Source of the DNA: Cyanophyceae cyanobacterium
GTDB taxonomy: Bacteria; Cyanobacteriota; Cyanobacteriia; Cyanobacteriales; JBHJGN01
NCBI GenBank assembly: GCA_050331735.1
Contig: JBHJGN010000021.1
Coordinates: 20,918 to 84,917 of the forward strand
Direction: 5' to 3'
Length of the DNA stretch: 64,000 nucleotides
The position numbers and the translations under genes were made by a program. The notes below the pieces were generated by a model. That model made no database searches. It was not told where the DNA came from and worked only from the letters and a program-made list of their open reading frames with translations. Position 1 is the stretch's first letter. Every line of letters begins with the position of its first letter. Below, piece after piece: positions 52,251 to 62,234 of this stretch.

Positions 52251-53021
52251 TTACGCCTGATAGCTTTGCCATGCCTGCCAGAAAAAGTACACGGCCAGAA
52301 CGGCGAGCAGAAGACGAAAGAAAAAGCTCACTACCCGGTCGGGGAGCTTGGGCAGAAAGCGGGTGCTGACCTGAGCGCCCACTAGACCCCCTAACCCGAG
52401 AATAACGCCAACGAAAAATAAGACGTTGTCTCTCAAGGCGTGTCCAACGGTGGCAGAAATGGCAGTGATCACAATCACGCCCAGGCTTGTTTGAATCGCT
52501 ACCTTAATCTTTTCGCCCAGCAGCAGCATCTGCATCGGCACCATAATGACACCGCCGCCAACCCCAAACAACCCGGCTAGGAGACCAGCGACTCCACCCG
52601 TGCCAAGGCGAGCGAGTGCCGGATTTATCTGCCTGTGCTCGCTCTCTCTGTTGATTAAGCGTTTTTTCAGCGCTACTAGAAAAATAGTCGTAATCAACAA
52701 CGCTCCAAAAGCAGCTTCTTTGATGTAATCTGGCAGTTGCTCGACCAAATAAGCGCCAGCTTGCGCCGTCAGCACTGCTGGCAGCCCGAGGTAAACCACT
52801 CGCGTCCAGTCTAAATAGCCCATCCGCCAGTTTTGAATGGTTCCCGATAGAGAAGTGAGGACAATCGCTAGACTGCTTGTAGCCACTGCTTGGTCGTAAA
52901 CGTAGCCCAGGGCCGTTAAAATCGGCACCAGTACCGTGCCGCCGCCAATGCCGAGTAGTCCAGCTAAGAGTCCAGAAAAAAGTCCAGCGGTGGCTAGCAA
53001 CCACCAGTGATCTGCCATCAT
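52251..53021 (-). CDS. TauE/SafE-family membrane exporter
   Basis: Two repeats of GLLGIGGG / GLFGVGGG, TSL motifs, multi-TM. Confidence 0.9.
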   Translation of the reverse strand: MMADHWWLLATAGLFSGLLAGLLGIGGGTVLVPILTALGYVYDQAVATSSLAIVLTSLSGTIQNWRMGYLDWTRVVYLGLPAVLTAQAGAYLVEQLPDYIKEAAFGALLITTIFLVALKKRLINRESEHRQINPALARLGTGGVAGLLAGLFGVGGGVIMVPMQMLLLGEKIKVAIQTSLGVIVITAISATVGHALRDNVLFFVGVILGLGGLVGAQVSTRFLPKLPDRVVSFFFRLLLAVLAVYFFWQAWQSYQA

Positions 53022-53096
53022 CGTTCGTGTCGGTTGTGGGGAAATTGTTAATCAAGTTACTATGTGCTTTAGCGACATCCTATCAATGACACTGCC

Positions 53097-53300
53097 ATGC
53101 AGGATTTTTTTGACAATGTTTCTCGCTATCCGCGCTACCTAATCAGCTTTATTTTAGGGATCTTTCTCTCCTTTTTTGAGCGCTTAAAACCGCTGTTAAA
53201 AGATCCGCTGACGGCAACGGCGCTAGTTGGCATACTGCTAGGCTTTTTTGCCTTTATCTTCTTCACCCTCCGAGCCATGCTGGGACTCACTCCGGTATAG
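53097..53300 (+). CDS. DUF751 family protein
   Basis: FFDNVSRYPRYLISF...TLRAMLG; usual neighbour of rbfA. Confidence 0.88.
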   Translation: MQDFFDNVSRYPRYLISFILGIFLSFFERLKPLLKDPLTATALVGILLGFFAFIFFTLRAMLGLTPV

Positions 53301-53531
53301 AATGATAGGGGGCAATCTTGGGGAGTCACTGGCATAGAGTTGAGGTGTAGCACTAGCCACTAATCCTGACTAGGTTGATTCTAGGAGTATCCACAACCAA
53401 ACTAGAATGCAGAAGGTGCTGGTGCTCATCCCGTGGCTCTCGGATTGAGTGAATCCTCAGCCGCCGCTTCCATTAACGGCAAAGAGCAAGTTGAGGTTTT
53501 CCATTGTCGAAATTAGAAAGAGGCGAATACT

Positions 53532-53927
53532 ATGGCTACCAGTCGTCGCGTGTCTCGCGTTTCTGCCCTGATTAAACGCGAGGTCAGTCAAATGTTACTG
53601 AACGGCATCAAAGATGACCGAGTGGGTGCTGGGATGGTTAGCATTACAGATGTTGATGTTTCTGGCGACCTCCAGCACGCCAAAATATTTGTCAGTATCT
53701 ACGGAACTGATGAAGCCAAAGCCGAGACGATGGAGGGACTGAAGTCTTCAACGGCTTTTGTGAGAAGAGAACTGGGCCAGCGGGTCCGGCTGAGAAGAAC
53801 TCCAGAAGTGGTATTTTTAGAAGATTCTTCTTTAGAAAGAGGCGATCGCATGCTGCATCTTCTCAAGCAAATTGACGAAGACCGCCAGCAAAAGCAGACT
53901 TCAGAAAACTTGGAAGACGCAGGCTAA
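53532..53927 (+). CDS. rbfA: Ribosome-binding factor A
   Basis: [30 protein letters not shown]. Confidence 0.96.
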   Translation: MATSRRVSRVSALIKREVSQMLLNGIKDDRVGAGMVSITDVDVSGDLQHAKIFVSIYGTDEAKAETMEGLKSSTAFVRRELGQRVRLRRTPEVVFLEDSSLERGDRMLHLLKQIDEDRQQKQTSENLEDAG

Positions 53928-53929
53928 AC

Positions 53930-55528
53930 GTGAGCAAGCTGCCGGACTGGACCCAACTTTCTTTGGCTGAGCAGATCGGACAAATGGTGGTCGTGCGGGC
54001 TTCTGGCTATTTATTCGATCATCAAATTCGCTACCCCACTTGGGAAGCCACCGCCGCCAAGCTCAAGCGCTGGCTTCAAGAGCTCAACCTCGGTGGCGTG
54101 ATTGTGTTGGGAGGAAGCGCCGCAGAACTTTATTTACGCATTCAGCAACTGCAAAGCTGGGCCAATCTACCGCTCCTCGTCGCTGCCGACATCGAAGAAG
54201 GAGTCGGACAGTGGTTTGGCGGCGCAACGCACCTGCCGCCGCCGATGGCCCTAGGGGCGATCGCCGCCGCCGATTCAGCACGAGCGCGGCGGTACGCTAC
54301 CCAAATGGGAACCGTCACGGCTCAAGAAGCCGTTGCTGTCGGGATTAACTGGCTGCTGGCTCCGGTGGTGGATGTCAACAACAACCCTGATAATCCCGCG
54401 ATCAATGTGCGCTCGTTTGCCGATACGGCGGAGGTCGTGAGCGAGTTGGCAACGGCTTTTATTACCGGCGCTCGTCAGTATCCGGTATTGACGACGGCCA
54501 AACATTTTCCCGGTCACGGAGATACGGCAACGGACTCGCACCTCAACCTGCCGACGCTTGCTCATGATGCTGCTCGCCTAGAAGCCATTGAGCTGCTGCC
54601 CTTTAAGCGAGCGATCGCCGCTGGAGTTGATAGCGTCATGAGCGCCCATTTACTGATTCCGGCTTGGGATGCTCAGCGTCCGGCGACTCTCTCTCCCGCC
54701 ATCTCTGTTCAACTGCGTCAGCGACTGGGGTTTGAGGGACTGATGGTCACCGATGCTCTGATTATGGGCGCAGTGGCACAGTATGCTCCGCCAGAAGCGA
54801 TCGCAGTCATGGCGGTGGAGGCGGGAGCGGATGTTCTCCTGATGCCCGCCAATCCAGAAAGAGCTATTGCTGCCATTCACGATGCCGTGTGTTCCGGTCG
54901 CATCACCCCCGAACGGATTCATCAGTCTGTGGCGAGAATTTGGCAAGCGAAATCTCGGGTTGCACAGCCCCCAACGAGTAACGAACGGGAAACTCTGGCT
55001 GTGCTGCCCCTCGCTCAGTCCACGTCTATTGATTTGAGAGAAGAAATTCTGCAACATTCGTTGCTGAAGGGCGGAAATTTGCCTCTTGAAGCTCGCAGCG
55101 GACGCAATTTGATTGTGGTGGATGACGTGCTGAAGTGTTCGTTTTTAGGTCGTCATACACCAGCAATTCTCTATCCTCAGCAAGCTGGATATCGTCTACA
55201 GCTAGTCGACCAAAATGCTTTGCCAACGCTACTGCACTCGCTCCCAACGCTTTTACAGGTATTTCTTCGCGGCAACCCGTTTCGCGGTCACGCTGGCCTC
55301 ACGAGCGCTGCCCAAGACTGGCTTAAGCAATTGTTGCAAACGCAAACGGTTGTTGGTCTCCTGGTGTACGGCAGTCCCTACGTGTTGCAGTGGCTGCAAG
55401 AGCAAATAGATGAGAGCCTGCCTTGGGTTTATTCCTATGGACAAATGCCAGCAGCCCAGGCGATCGCCTGCCGCACTTTATTAGAAATGTCAGATTATGA
55501 TGACATTGCGGCAGAAGCTTTTTTGTAG
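53930..55528 (+). CDS. Glycoside hydrolase family 3 (NagZ-like)
   Basis: ADIEEG, APVVDVNNNP, KHFPGHGDTATDSH, TDALIMG. Confidence 0.9.
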   Translation: MSKLPDWTQLSLAEQIGQMVVVRASGYLFDHQIRYPTWEATAAKLKRWLQELNLGGVIVLGGSAAELYLRIQQLQSWANLPLLVAADIEEGVGQWFGGATHLPPPMALGAIAAADSARARRYATQMGTVTAQEAVAVGINWLLAPVVDVNNNPDNPAINVRSFADTAEVVSELATAFITGARQYPVLTTAKHFPGHGDTATDSHLNLPTLAHDAARLEAIELLPFKRAIAAGVDSVMSAHLLIPAWDAQRPATLSPAISVQLRQRLGFEGLMVTDALIMGAVAQYAPPEAIAVMAVEAGADVLLMPANPERAIAAIHDAVCSGRITPERIHQSVARIWQAKSRVAQPPTSNERETLAVLPLAQSTSIDLREEILQHSLLKGGNLPLEARSGRNLIVVDDVLKCSFLGRHTPAILYPQQAGYRLQLVDQNALPTLLHSLPTLLQVFLRGNPFRGHAGLTSAAQDWLKQLLQTQTVVGLLVYGSPYVLQWLQEQIDESLPWVYSYGQMPAAQAIACRTLLEMSDYDDIAAEAFL

Positions 55529-55672
55529 CCGATTTGACGGTTTATTCGGCAATCGGAGAATTCGCTGACAAATGTGACAGGAGGTCGCTTTTAGAAACGG
55601 CTAAATAATATCCTCCGTTAGCAGGGTTTAAATTATAGTAGTGCTATGCGAGTTAAAGTTGCAGGTTTTTTT

Positions 55673-55912
55673 ATGAGTGCTGATACGCTACCAAGAGCTT
55701 CTGTTTGCTATTCGCTTGAGAGCCTTAAAGACGAGGTCCGCCAACTCCTAGAGCAGGGCACTGTGAGTCGCCATCAACCTCTCTACGTGCTCTGCCAGTA
55801 TATTCCTCCCCGCGAATGGGTAGAAGTTGAGTACGAATTGGAAAGAGGCGATTATCTCTTGAGAGACCAAATCGGCGATCTGGTGACGGCTGAGGACTGG
55901 AAAAACGACTAA
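55673..55912 (+). CDS. DUF4327-like protein, copy 1
   Basis: YSL..LKDEVRQL...G.VSRHQPLY.LC.YIP.REW..VE.ELE..DYLLRD.I.DL...E.W.ND. Confidence 0.85.
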   Translation: MSADTLPRASVCYSLESLKDEVRQLLEQGTVSRHQPLYVLCQYIPPREWVEVEYELERGDYLLRDQIGDLVTAEDWKND

Positions 55913-56127
55913 TCCTGCTTGGTTCGGTTCACGATTGTCTGCGAGAAACACAGATGTTCCTGCACCGGTGACAGCCTGAGTAAACATCTATTTGATATCG
56001 AAACATTATTAAAGTCAGTTTGCCTGTTTGTATTTCTTTATACAGAAAGTTTTTTAAGTTTTTCGCATCAGAAAGCGATTAGAATTGAGCATAAAGATAG
56101 ATATCACTAACCGTTATCAGTAAACGA

Positions 56128-56370
56128 ATGAGTACGAGTACTTTACCTGCTAAACCGAGCGTCCGCTACTCTTTAGACATTATTAGAGACGAGGTTCGTC
56201 AGCTTGTCGAAAAGGGGACAGTCAGCCGCCAACAGACGATTTATACTCTTTGCCGCTACATTCCGGCTAGCGAATGGGTAGAAGTAGAGCGCGAATTAGC
56301 CAAACAGGATTTTCTGCTCCGCGATCGCATCATCGATCTGATCGGGGCTGAAGAGTGGGACAACGACTAA
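56128..56370 (+). CDS. DUF4327-like protein, copy 2
   Basis: Same motif set as copy 1 (tandem paralogue). Confidence 0.85.
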   Translation: MSTSTLPAKPSVRYSLDIIRDEVRQLVEKGTVSRQQTIYTLCRYIPASEWVEVERELAKQDFLLRDRIIDLIGAEEWDND

Positions 56371-56459
56371 GGGAGTTGTTTGTCACAAGTAGGTGATGAT
56401 TGCACAACGACGATCATCTTTATCGAGGCTTAATTATTAAGGTGAACAGTAACAGGAAA

Positions 56460-56488
56460 GCGGCAGGCTATGCAGAATAGCCTGTCGC
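56460..56488. terminator. Hairpin between convergent genes
   Basis: GCGGCAGGCTAT-N5-ATAGCCTGTCGC. Confidence 0.6.
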
Positions 56489-56506
56489 TAGTTCTATGGA
56501 GATCAA

Positions 56507-56941
56507 TCAACCGACGCGATCGATTTCACGCTCGGCATCCTGAGAAGCGGGCGTGAGCGCTTCAAGAGGAACAGGAATAGCAAAAGTCGAGACAGCAAAA
56601 TCATCTTGAGCTGGCGCGGGAGCGTCGGGCTGGAGGGGTGCCGCTTGCGACTCGGAAGAGGTTCCGAGTCGGTCGGCACCAAAACTTTGAGGCTCAGGGG
56701 CTGATTTGCCAACGCGACGAATGGCTAACCCGCCAGCAGCTAGTACTGCGACGAGACTAGCTCCCATTAAACCAAGTTTATTAGCATCGAACTGACCTGG
56801 GGCATTTAAAGTCGGAGTTCCGTCGGCGGTATGAGTGCCTGTTCGATTGAACTGGCTAAAAGGACAAGCCAAAGCCCCATGAGCAGAAGAGAAGAAAACG
56901 CCGCTGGTGACAGTGGCGGCCAGAAGAAGACGAATATTCAT
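56507..56941 (-). CDS. Exported/membrane hypothetical protein
   Basis: Signal peptide ending ALA-CPFS, one TM, FAIPVPLEAL tail. Confidence 0.7.
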   Translation of the reverse strand: MNIRLLLAATVTSGVFFSSAHGALACPFSQFNRTGTHTADGTPTLNAPGQFDANKLGLMGASLVAVLAAGGLAIRRVGKSAPEPQSFGADRLGTSSESQAAPLQPDAPAPAQDDFAVSTFAIPVPLEALTPASQDAEREIDRVG

Positions 56942-57077
56942 AACTGTTTAGAGGAATCGGTAAAAAATTGCCTGCTAAATTATTCCCGATTGCTGCGGCA
57001 ATCGCAGCAACAATGGCTACTAAAAAGACCCCTTTTCCGCTAGCTTAGTAAATGTACTAAAGTAAATTTTTATTTAT

Positions 57078-57230
57078 ATGGCTTATTCCGGCGAGCGCCA
57101 ACGCAAAATTGCTGAGCACCTCCGACTGACCGCTGACAATGACAACGTCAACCCTGATAAGCGCGTTGACGAACGAGAAAAACGCAAAAATAAAGTGATG
57201 GATCACCTCGATAAAAGTAAGGGCAAATAA
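57078..57230 (+). CDS. 50-aa small protein with internal repeat (not in ORF track)
   Basis: MAYSGERQRKIAEHLRLTADNDNVNPDKRVDEREKRKNKVMDHLDKSKGK*; R..K(I/V).(E/D)HL..(T/S) twice. Confidence 0.65.
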   Translation: MAYSGERQRKIAEHLRLTADNDNVNPDKRVDEREKRKNKVMDHLDKSKGK

Positions 57231-57339
57231 GTTCTACCTACCTGTCCAAGTGCCATCTCCGCAGCGAGGACATGAACTCAGAAGTAATTGTGTTGAATGC
57301 CGCAGCACCGCCGCCAATAAATATTAGTGAGGAAAACAA

Positions 57340-58002
57340 ATGCTTAAAGCCGTTGTCTTTGATGTTGATGGAACCTTAGTCGATACCGTAGATTTGCATG
57401 CTCAAGCTTGGGTAGAGGCTTTTAAGCAGTACGGATATAACATTCCCTACTCAGAACTCCGCCAGCAAATCGGCAAGGGCGGAAAAAAGATTGTCGCTGA
57501 TTTTATTTCCCAGGAAGAATTTGAAAAAGTTGGGCAAGGCATCACTGAATTTCGTAAGGAGTACTACCAAGAAAATCTGCTGTTTCAAGTATCGCCTTTC
57601 GAGCGAGTTCGCGAACTGTTTGAGCGCCTACAGGCAGACGGGATTAAGGTAGTTCTGGCTACCTCAGCCAGAGAAAAAACTCTCGAGCGCTACCAGAAAG
57701 TGCTCAACATCGAAGACGTTATCGATGGCGCAACCTCGACAGAAGATGCTGACGAGTCTAAACCGGCACCCGATATTTTTGAGGCGGCTCTGAGTCAGGT
57801 CGAAGGCGTTGATGCATCTGAAGCGCTTGTTGTCGGCGATAGTCCTTACGATGCTCAAGCCGCTCACAAAATTAATCTCCGTCCTGTTGGCGTTCTTTGC
57901 GGCGGATTTTCAGCAGAGACGCTTCGCGAAGCAGGCTGCATTAAACTCTATCAAGATCCTGCTGAGATTCTCGAGAACTATCAAGAGTTTGTTTCTCTTT
58001 GA
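57340..58002 (+). CDS. HAD-IA hydrolase
   Basis: FDVDGTLVD, ATS, KPAPD, VGDSPYD; GAGG RBS. Confidence 0.92.
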   Translation: MLKAVVFDVDGTLVDTVDLHAQAWVEAFKQYGYNIPYSELRQQIGKGGKKIVADFISQEEFEKVGQGITEFRKEYYQENLLFQVSPFERVRELFERLQADGIKVVLATSAREKTLERYQKVLNIEDVIDGATSTEDADESKPAPDIFEAALSQVEGVDASEALVVGDSPYDAQAAHKINLRPVGVLCGGFSAETLREAGCIKLYQDPAEILENYQEFVSL

Positions 58003-58123
58003 GAAAACGGTCGCATTTAACAAAGAAAGTGTCTCGTTTGCCCGTTCTTTACAGGCAGAAAGTCCTGAGCCATTTTCTCCAAGGCCTCCGCTTCACTTGC
58101 CAAAAATGGGATAAATTGCTGTT

Positions 58124-58450
58124 CTACCGCAACCTCACAGCGGTTCCAGTCGCAGTAATGAGCAATAAAGTGCCTCGGGCATCAACGTTTATTGTGCCAG
58201 TATCAATTTCCACGCCAATCACGGCATTGGCGCCGAGTTTTTGGGCGCGTTTTTCTAGTTCTCGGAACGCTTCTTGGTGTCCTCTTTCAAACACTTGTTC
58301 ATAGCTTCCTGTTCGTCCACCGACGAAATCACGAATGCCCGCAAAGAAGTCTCTTAAAGCATTTGTCCCATAAACAACTTCAGCGGTGACAATTCCTAAG
58401 TAGCTATCAACCGTCGCGTCTTGAATGACATCGGTTGTCGTGATGAGCAT
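58124..58450 (-). CDS. YbjQ/UPF0145 family protein
   Basis: RDFFAGIRDFVGGR..SYE, GANAVIG, TATGTAV. Confidence 0.92.
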   Translation of the reverse strand: MLITTTDVIQDATVDSYLGIVTAEVVYGTNALRDFFAGIRDFVGGRTGSYEQVFERGHQEAFRELEKRAQKLGANAVIGVEIDTGTINVDARGTLLLITATGTAVRLR

Positions 58451-58570
58451 AATTTATATCTAAATATCGTTTCCACTGCTAGCATAGCGGATTCTCCAGC
58501 GCGACTTCCCCAGAGCGATCGCCCGCTCAAGACAACTGTCGGTCCCGGTATTCCCCGTCAAACTTTCCCA

Positions 58571-59779
58571 TCAAGCTTCATCAGAACCCTGCTGCCAGTA
58601 CTTACAGGCTGCATACGCTAGCGTAATCACTCCGGTAACAATCGCTGATTCATCTACTTCAAATTCAGGGTGATGAAGAGGATAGTTGGATTTATCGGGA
58701 AAACCAACGCCAAGACGAAACATCGTGCCGGGGGCGTGTTCTAGATAAAGCGCAAAATCTTCAGCGCCGAGAGACGGTTCTGAAAGAGTTTGCACATAGT
58801 TATCTCCCCACGCTTCTCGACTTGCCTCATCAACAAGTCTCGTTAGGGAGGGATCGTTCTGCACTGAAGGCACTCCCCGACGATAGTTCAGCTCATAGCG
58901 CGCACCGTACGTTTGGCAAACCTGAGCCACCAGGTTTTCGAGCCACTGCGGCAGTCCTGCATGGGTTTCAGGATGCAGGGAGCGCACCGTTCCGGCCATT
59001 CTAACGGTATCGGCAATCACGTTTGGGGCCCGACCGCCGCTAATTTGCCCAATCGTCAAGACGAGGGGACGCAGGGGGTTTTGGGTTCGGCTAATGGCCT
59101 GCTGAAGAGTCGTCACGATTTGAGAGGCGATCCAAATCGCGTCTACCGCTTCGTGAGGTCGAGCGCCGTGGCCTGATTCTCCCTCAATAAAAATTTCGAG
59201 GTCGTCGGCTGCCGCCGTTAAGGCTCCATAGCGAACTCCAATGGAACGAGCCGGAATTGATGGATAAACATGCAGTCCAAAAATCGCGCTTACGTCTCTC
59301 ATCACCCCATCCTGGACCATCCAGCTTGCTCCCTGAGCAATTTCCTCGGCTGGTTGAAAGATAAAGCGCATATCTCCTGGTAGGGCGTTTAACTGCGCTA
59401 GCACCATGGCCGTTCCTAGTCCGACTGTGGTATGAACGTCGTGACCGCAGGCGTGCATCACTCCGGGTTTGCGAGAAGCAAAATCGACCGGAATCCGTTC
59501 CTGAATCGGCAGAGCATCCATATCGGTCCGAATTGCTAACAGGCGACTGTCGGTGTTTTGTCCCCGAAGTTGCCCAACCACTCCCGTTTTTCCCACCGCT
59601 TCCTCAACATGCAAACCGCAGGAAGACAAAACCCCGGCAACATAGGCGGCGGTTTGATATTCCTGGCCGCTCAATTCTGGATGCGCGTGAATATGACGGC
59701 GAATTTCAATGAGCCGAGGAGCTAGGGTTGCGGCAATGTCTTTAATCTCAGCCAGCACAGATGTCTGTAGGATGGGCAT
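58571..59779 (-). CDS. M20D amidohydrolase
   Basis: HAHPELSGQE, RTDMDALP, MHACGHD, QPAEE, GHGARPH, AEDF. Confidence 0.93.
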   Translation of the reverse strand: MPILQTSVLAEIKDIAATLAPRLIEIRRHIHAHPELSGQEYQTAAYVAGVLSSCGLHVEEAVGKTGVVGQLRGQNTDSRLLAIRTDMDALPIQERIPVDFASRKPGVMHACGHDVHTTVGLGTAMVLAQLNALPGDMRFIFQPAEEIAQGASWMVQDGVMRDVSAIFGLHVYPSIPARSIGVRYGALTAAADDLEIFIEGESGHGARPHEAVDAIWIASQIVTTLQQAISRTQNPLRPLVLTIGQISGGRAPNVIADTVRMAGTVRSLHPETHAGLPQWLENLVAQVCQTYGARYELNYRRGVPSVQNDPSLTRLVDEASREAWGDNYVQTLSEPSLGAEDFALYLEHAPGTMFRLGVGFPDKSNYPLHHPEFEVDESAIVTGVITLAYAACKYWQQGSDEA

Positions 59780-59817
59780 ATTCTCTTTAATTCACTTTAT
59801 TTAATTTTAAGAATAGC

Positions 59818-59839
59818 TTGAGCTGGCTCAAAGCAGCCG
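59818..59839 (+). repeat. 22-nt dispersed repeat, copy 2
   Basis: TTGAGCTGGCTCAAAGCAGCCG, identical to 22798-22819. Confidence 0.7.
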
Positions 59840-59923
59840 GAGCTTGCATTTGGGTGAACGAGGACTGCCCCGGAGTCGGCACTTTGAGTCGGCAGAAGCG
59901 AGGGTTGACTCTCACCGTCATCC

Positions 59924-60412
59924 TTAACAGTGCTGCCTTCGCCGATAGCACTGTTGAGGAATTTGCCAATAATACAAAGTCGCTTCCTCTTCAGCTTCTA
60001 TTAATTGAACTCGCTCTGGCTTCCAGTCTTTCATATCAAAGTCCCGCGACACTACCCGCGTCCCAGGCTTGAGCTGAGCTAGTAGGGCAGGCCGCAGCCG
60101 GAGATTGAGATGAGGCAGCAGATAGAGAACCACAACTGTGGCCTCGGCAAAGTTGCTTTCAAACAGATTTTGCTGACGAAATTCAACTAGAGCAGTCACT
60201 CCGGCCTGCTGAGCGTTTAGACGAGATTGACAAATCCGCTCAGGATCGACATCAATGCCTACTCCGCGAGCGCCCCGTTGAGCAGCGGCGATCACAATGC
60301 GTCCGTCACCACTGCCCAAATCATAAAGCACATCATCCTCTGTGACCTGAGCCAGAGAAAGCATGGCTTTAACCAGGCGGGGCGGAGTGGGAATGTAGCC
60401 AATATCAACCAT
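59924..60412 (-). CDS. Small SAM-dependent methyltransferase
   Basis: YIPTP, YDLGSGDGRIV, ATVVVLYLLP..N, LKPGTRVVS. Confidence 0.88.
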   Translation of the reverse strand: MVDIGYIPTPPRLVKAMLSLAQVTEDDVLYDLGSGDGRIVIAAAQRGARGVGIDVDPERICQSRLNAQQAGVTALVEFRQQNLFESNFAEATVVVLYLLPHLNLRLRPALLAQLKPGTRVVSRDFDMKDWKPERVQLIEAEEEATLYYWQIPQQCYRRRQHC

Positions 60413-60522
60413 TAGGGATCAGTAAACAGTAACCGGCTGAATGGTGCTGAGGGAATCTGTATAGCAACGCTCGCAGTGGCCAGTGACCAAACGAGATAGA
60501 CAACTGGGTTACTGGTCACTGC

Positions 60523-61974
60523 TCACTGATTCAAGACCCAATGAACGAGGGTGCGCACTGGGAAACCTGTGGCTCCTTCATTGTTTACGCCAGCTTCTTT
60601 TTTCGACCAGACGGGTCCGGCAATGTCGAGATGCGCCCAGGGCGTGTTCTGCACAAACTGCTTGAGGAAAAGAGTGGCCGTAATCGAGCCTCCAGCGCGA
60701 GGTCCGGTGTTTTTCATGTCTGCAATGGGAGATTTTAGTCCTTCAAAGTACTTCTCTTCCATCGGCATCTGCCAAAACTTCTCTCCAGCAAGCTCGGCGG
60801 CTTGTTTGATTTGGTCGGCTAGCGCTTCATCCGTACTCCACAAACCAGAAATATCTTCTCCGAGGGCTACAACACAGGCTCCGGTGAGAGTTGCTAGATC
60901 GATAATGGCATCGACGCCGAGCTTTTCGGCAAAGACTAAGGCATCTGCTAGGGTCAAGCGTCCTTCGGCATCGGTATTGTTGACTTCGATGGTTTTGCCG
61001 TTAGAAGCGGTGAGAATATCTCCAGGATGCATCGCATGTCCGCTGATCATATTTTCGGTGGCGGCGCTAATGAAGTGCACTTCTACATCTGGCTTAAGCT
61101 GAGCGATCGCCTTGGCTGCCCCTAAGGTAGCGGCACTGCCGCCCATATCCATTTTCATCGTCTCGATCCCGCTGCCGGAGCCTTTGATATTAAGGCCGCC
61201 AGAATCGAAGGTTAAGCCCTTGCCAACAATAGCGAGCTTGCGCTTGGGTGTCCCCTCAGGCTTATAGGTTAGGTGAATAAATTTAGGCGGTAAATCCGAC
61301 GCTAGGGCTACGCCCAGAAAAGCTCCCATGCCCAGACGTTCGCACTCTTCTCGTTCGAGAATTTCGAGCTGGAGGTCATGATCGGCAGCAATCTGTTCGG
61401 CAGTTTGAGCCAGGGAAACCGGATTGACCACGTTAGCCGGAGCATTGACAAGTTCGCGGGCTAAAATAACTCCAGAGCAGATCTGCTGAGCGCGGTTCAG
61501 GGTCTCGTCTTGATGGCCGAGACCAATTAACTCGACGGTTTCTAATCGCTTTTCCGGGGTCTCTTCCGATTTAAACCGGTGATCCTGATGCATTGCCAGG
61601 AGCATCCCTTCTGCAATCATCTGAGCCGTCGTTGCCGGGTCTTGATGAGTAACGGGGAGGTAAACGCCGAGGCTTTTGACTTTTTCCTGCTTGGCAGCGC
61701 GGGCGATCGCCGCTCCAACAGTCCGCAAATCTGGCGGCTCAGCTTCCATGCCGACCAAGATCAGCTTCCGTACTGAATGACTGCTGCTCAGACGAGTCGC
61801 GACTGTACTGCCTAGCTTGCCATCAAATTCTTCTTCGTCGATGAGGGCGGCAATGGTTTCCTGGAGATTTTTGAGCTGCTCAATGTCCTCGAGCTTTGTC
61901 TCTTCAAACAAACCAATGGCAAGAGCCTCTCCTGCCCAACTTGACAGCGATGTATCGGTAGCTTGGATCTGCAT
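60523..61974 (-). CDS. pepA: Leucyl aminopeptidase (M17)
   Basis: [40 protein letters not shown]. Confidence 0.95.
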   Translation of the reverse strand: MQIQATDTSLSSWAGEALAIGLFEETKLEDIEQLKNLQETIAALIDEEEFDGKLGSTVATRLSSSHSVRKLILVGMEAEPPDLRTVGAAIARAAKQEKVKSLGVYLPVTHQDPATTAQMIAEGMLLAMHQDHRFKSEETPEKRLETVELIGLGHQDETLNRAQQICSGVILARELVNAPANVVNPVSLAQTAEQIAADHDLQLEILEREECERLGMGAFLGVALASDLPPKFIHLTYKPEGTPKRKLAIVGKGLTFDSGGLNIKGSGSGIETMKMDMGGSAATLGAAKAIAQLKPDVEVHFISAATENMISGHAMHPGDILTASNGKTIEVNNTDAEGRLTLADALVFAEKLGVDAIIDLATLTGACVVALGEDISGLWSTDEALADQIKQAAELAGEKFWQMPMEEKYFEGLKSPIADMKNTGPRAGGSITATLFLKQFVQNTPWAHLDIAGPVWSKKEAGVNNEGATGFPVRTLVHWVLNQ

Positions 61975-62028
61975 TCCTACTTTAGATTAATTAGCGGCTT
62001 ATCTGCAATTTTAACCTATAAGGAAACA

Positions 62029-62234
62029 GTCCCGGAGAGACGGGGAAGGGGGAAAGGTTGAGTCGCCTAATGACCAGGAGTCGGAGCGAGACCCCTGATT
62101 CCCTTTTTCTTGTTGCGTATCGCCTCCGGCCTGTGCCTCCCGACGGTCGGCATAGCGCGGAGCGTTCCGTTCGCGTTAGCGTCTCCGCCGGAGAAGGAAA
62201 GCAGCTCTTTCCCCTTGGCCTGCGCCTGCGGCAC
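62029..62234. repeat. Hairpin + G-heptamer repeat locus E with nested SDR-like units
   Basis: + unit 62029-62041; - unit 62222-62234 (GTGCC-GCA-GGCGC); nested CGC-NNA-GCG-stem-loop units at 62153-62199. Confidence 0.75.

Noticed and set aside
57045..57060. Palindrome as a LexA box
   Set aside because: AGTA-N4-TACT is 2 bp shorter than the cyanobacterial AGTAC-N4-GTACT-type box; kept only as an unnamed palindrome.
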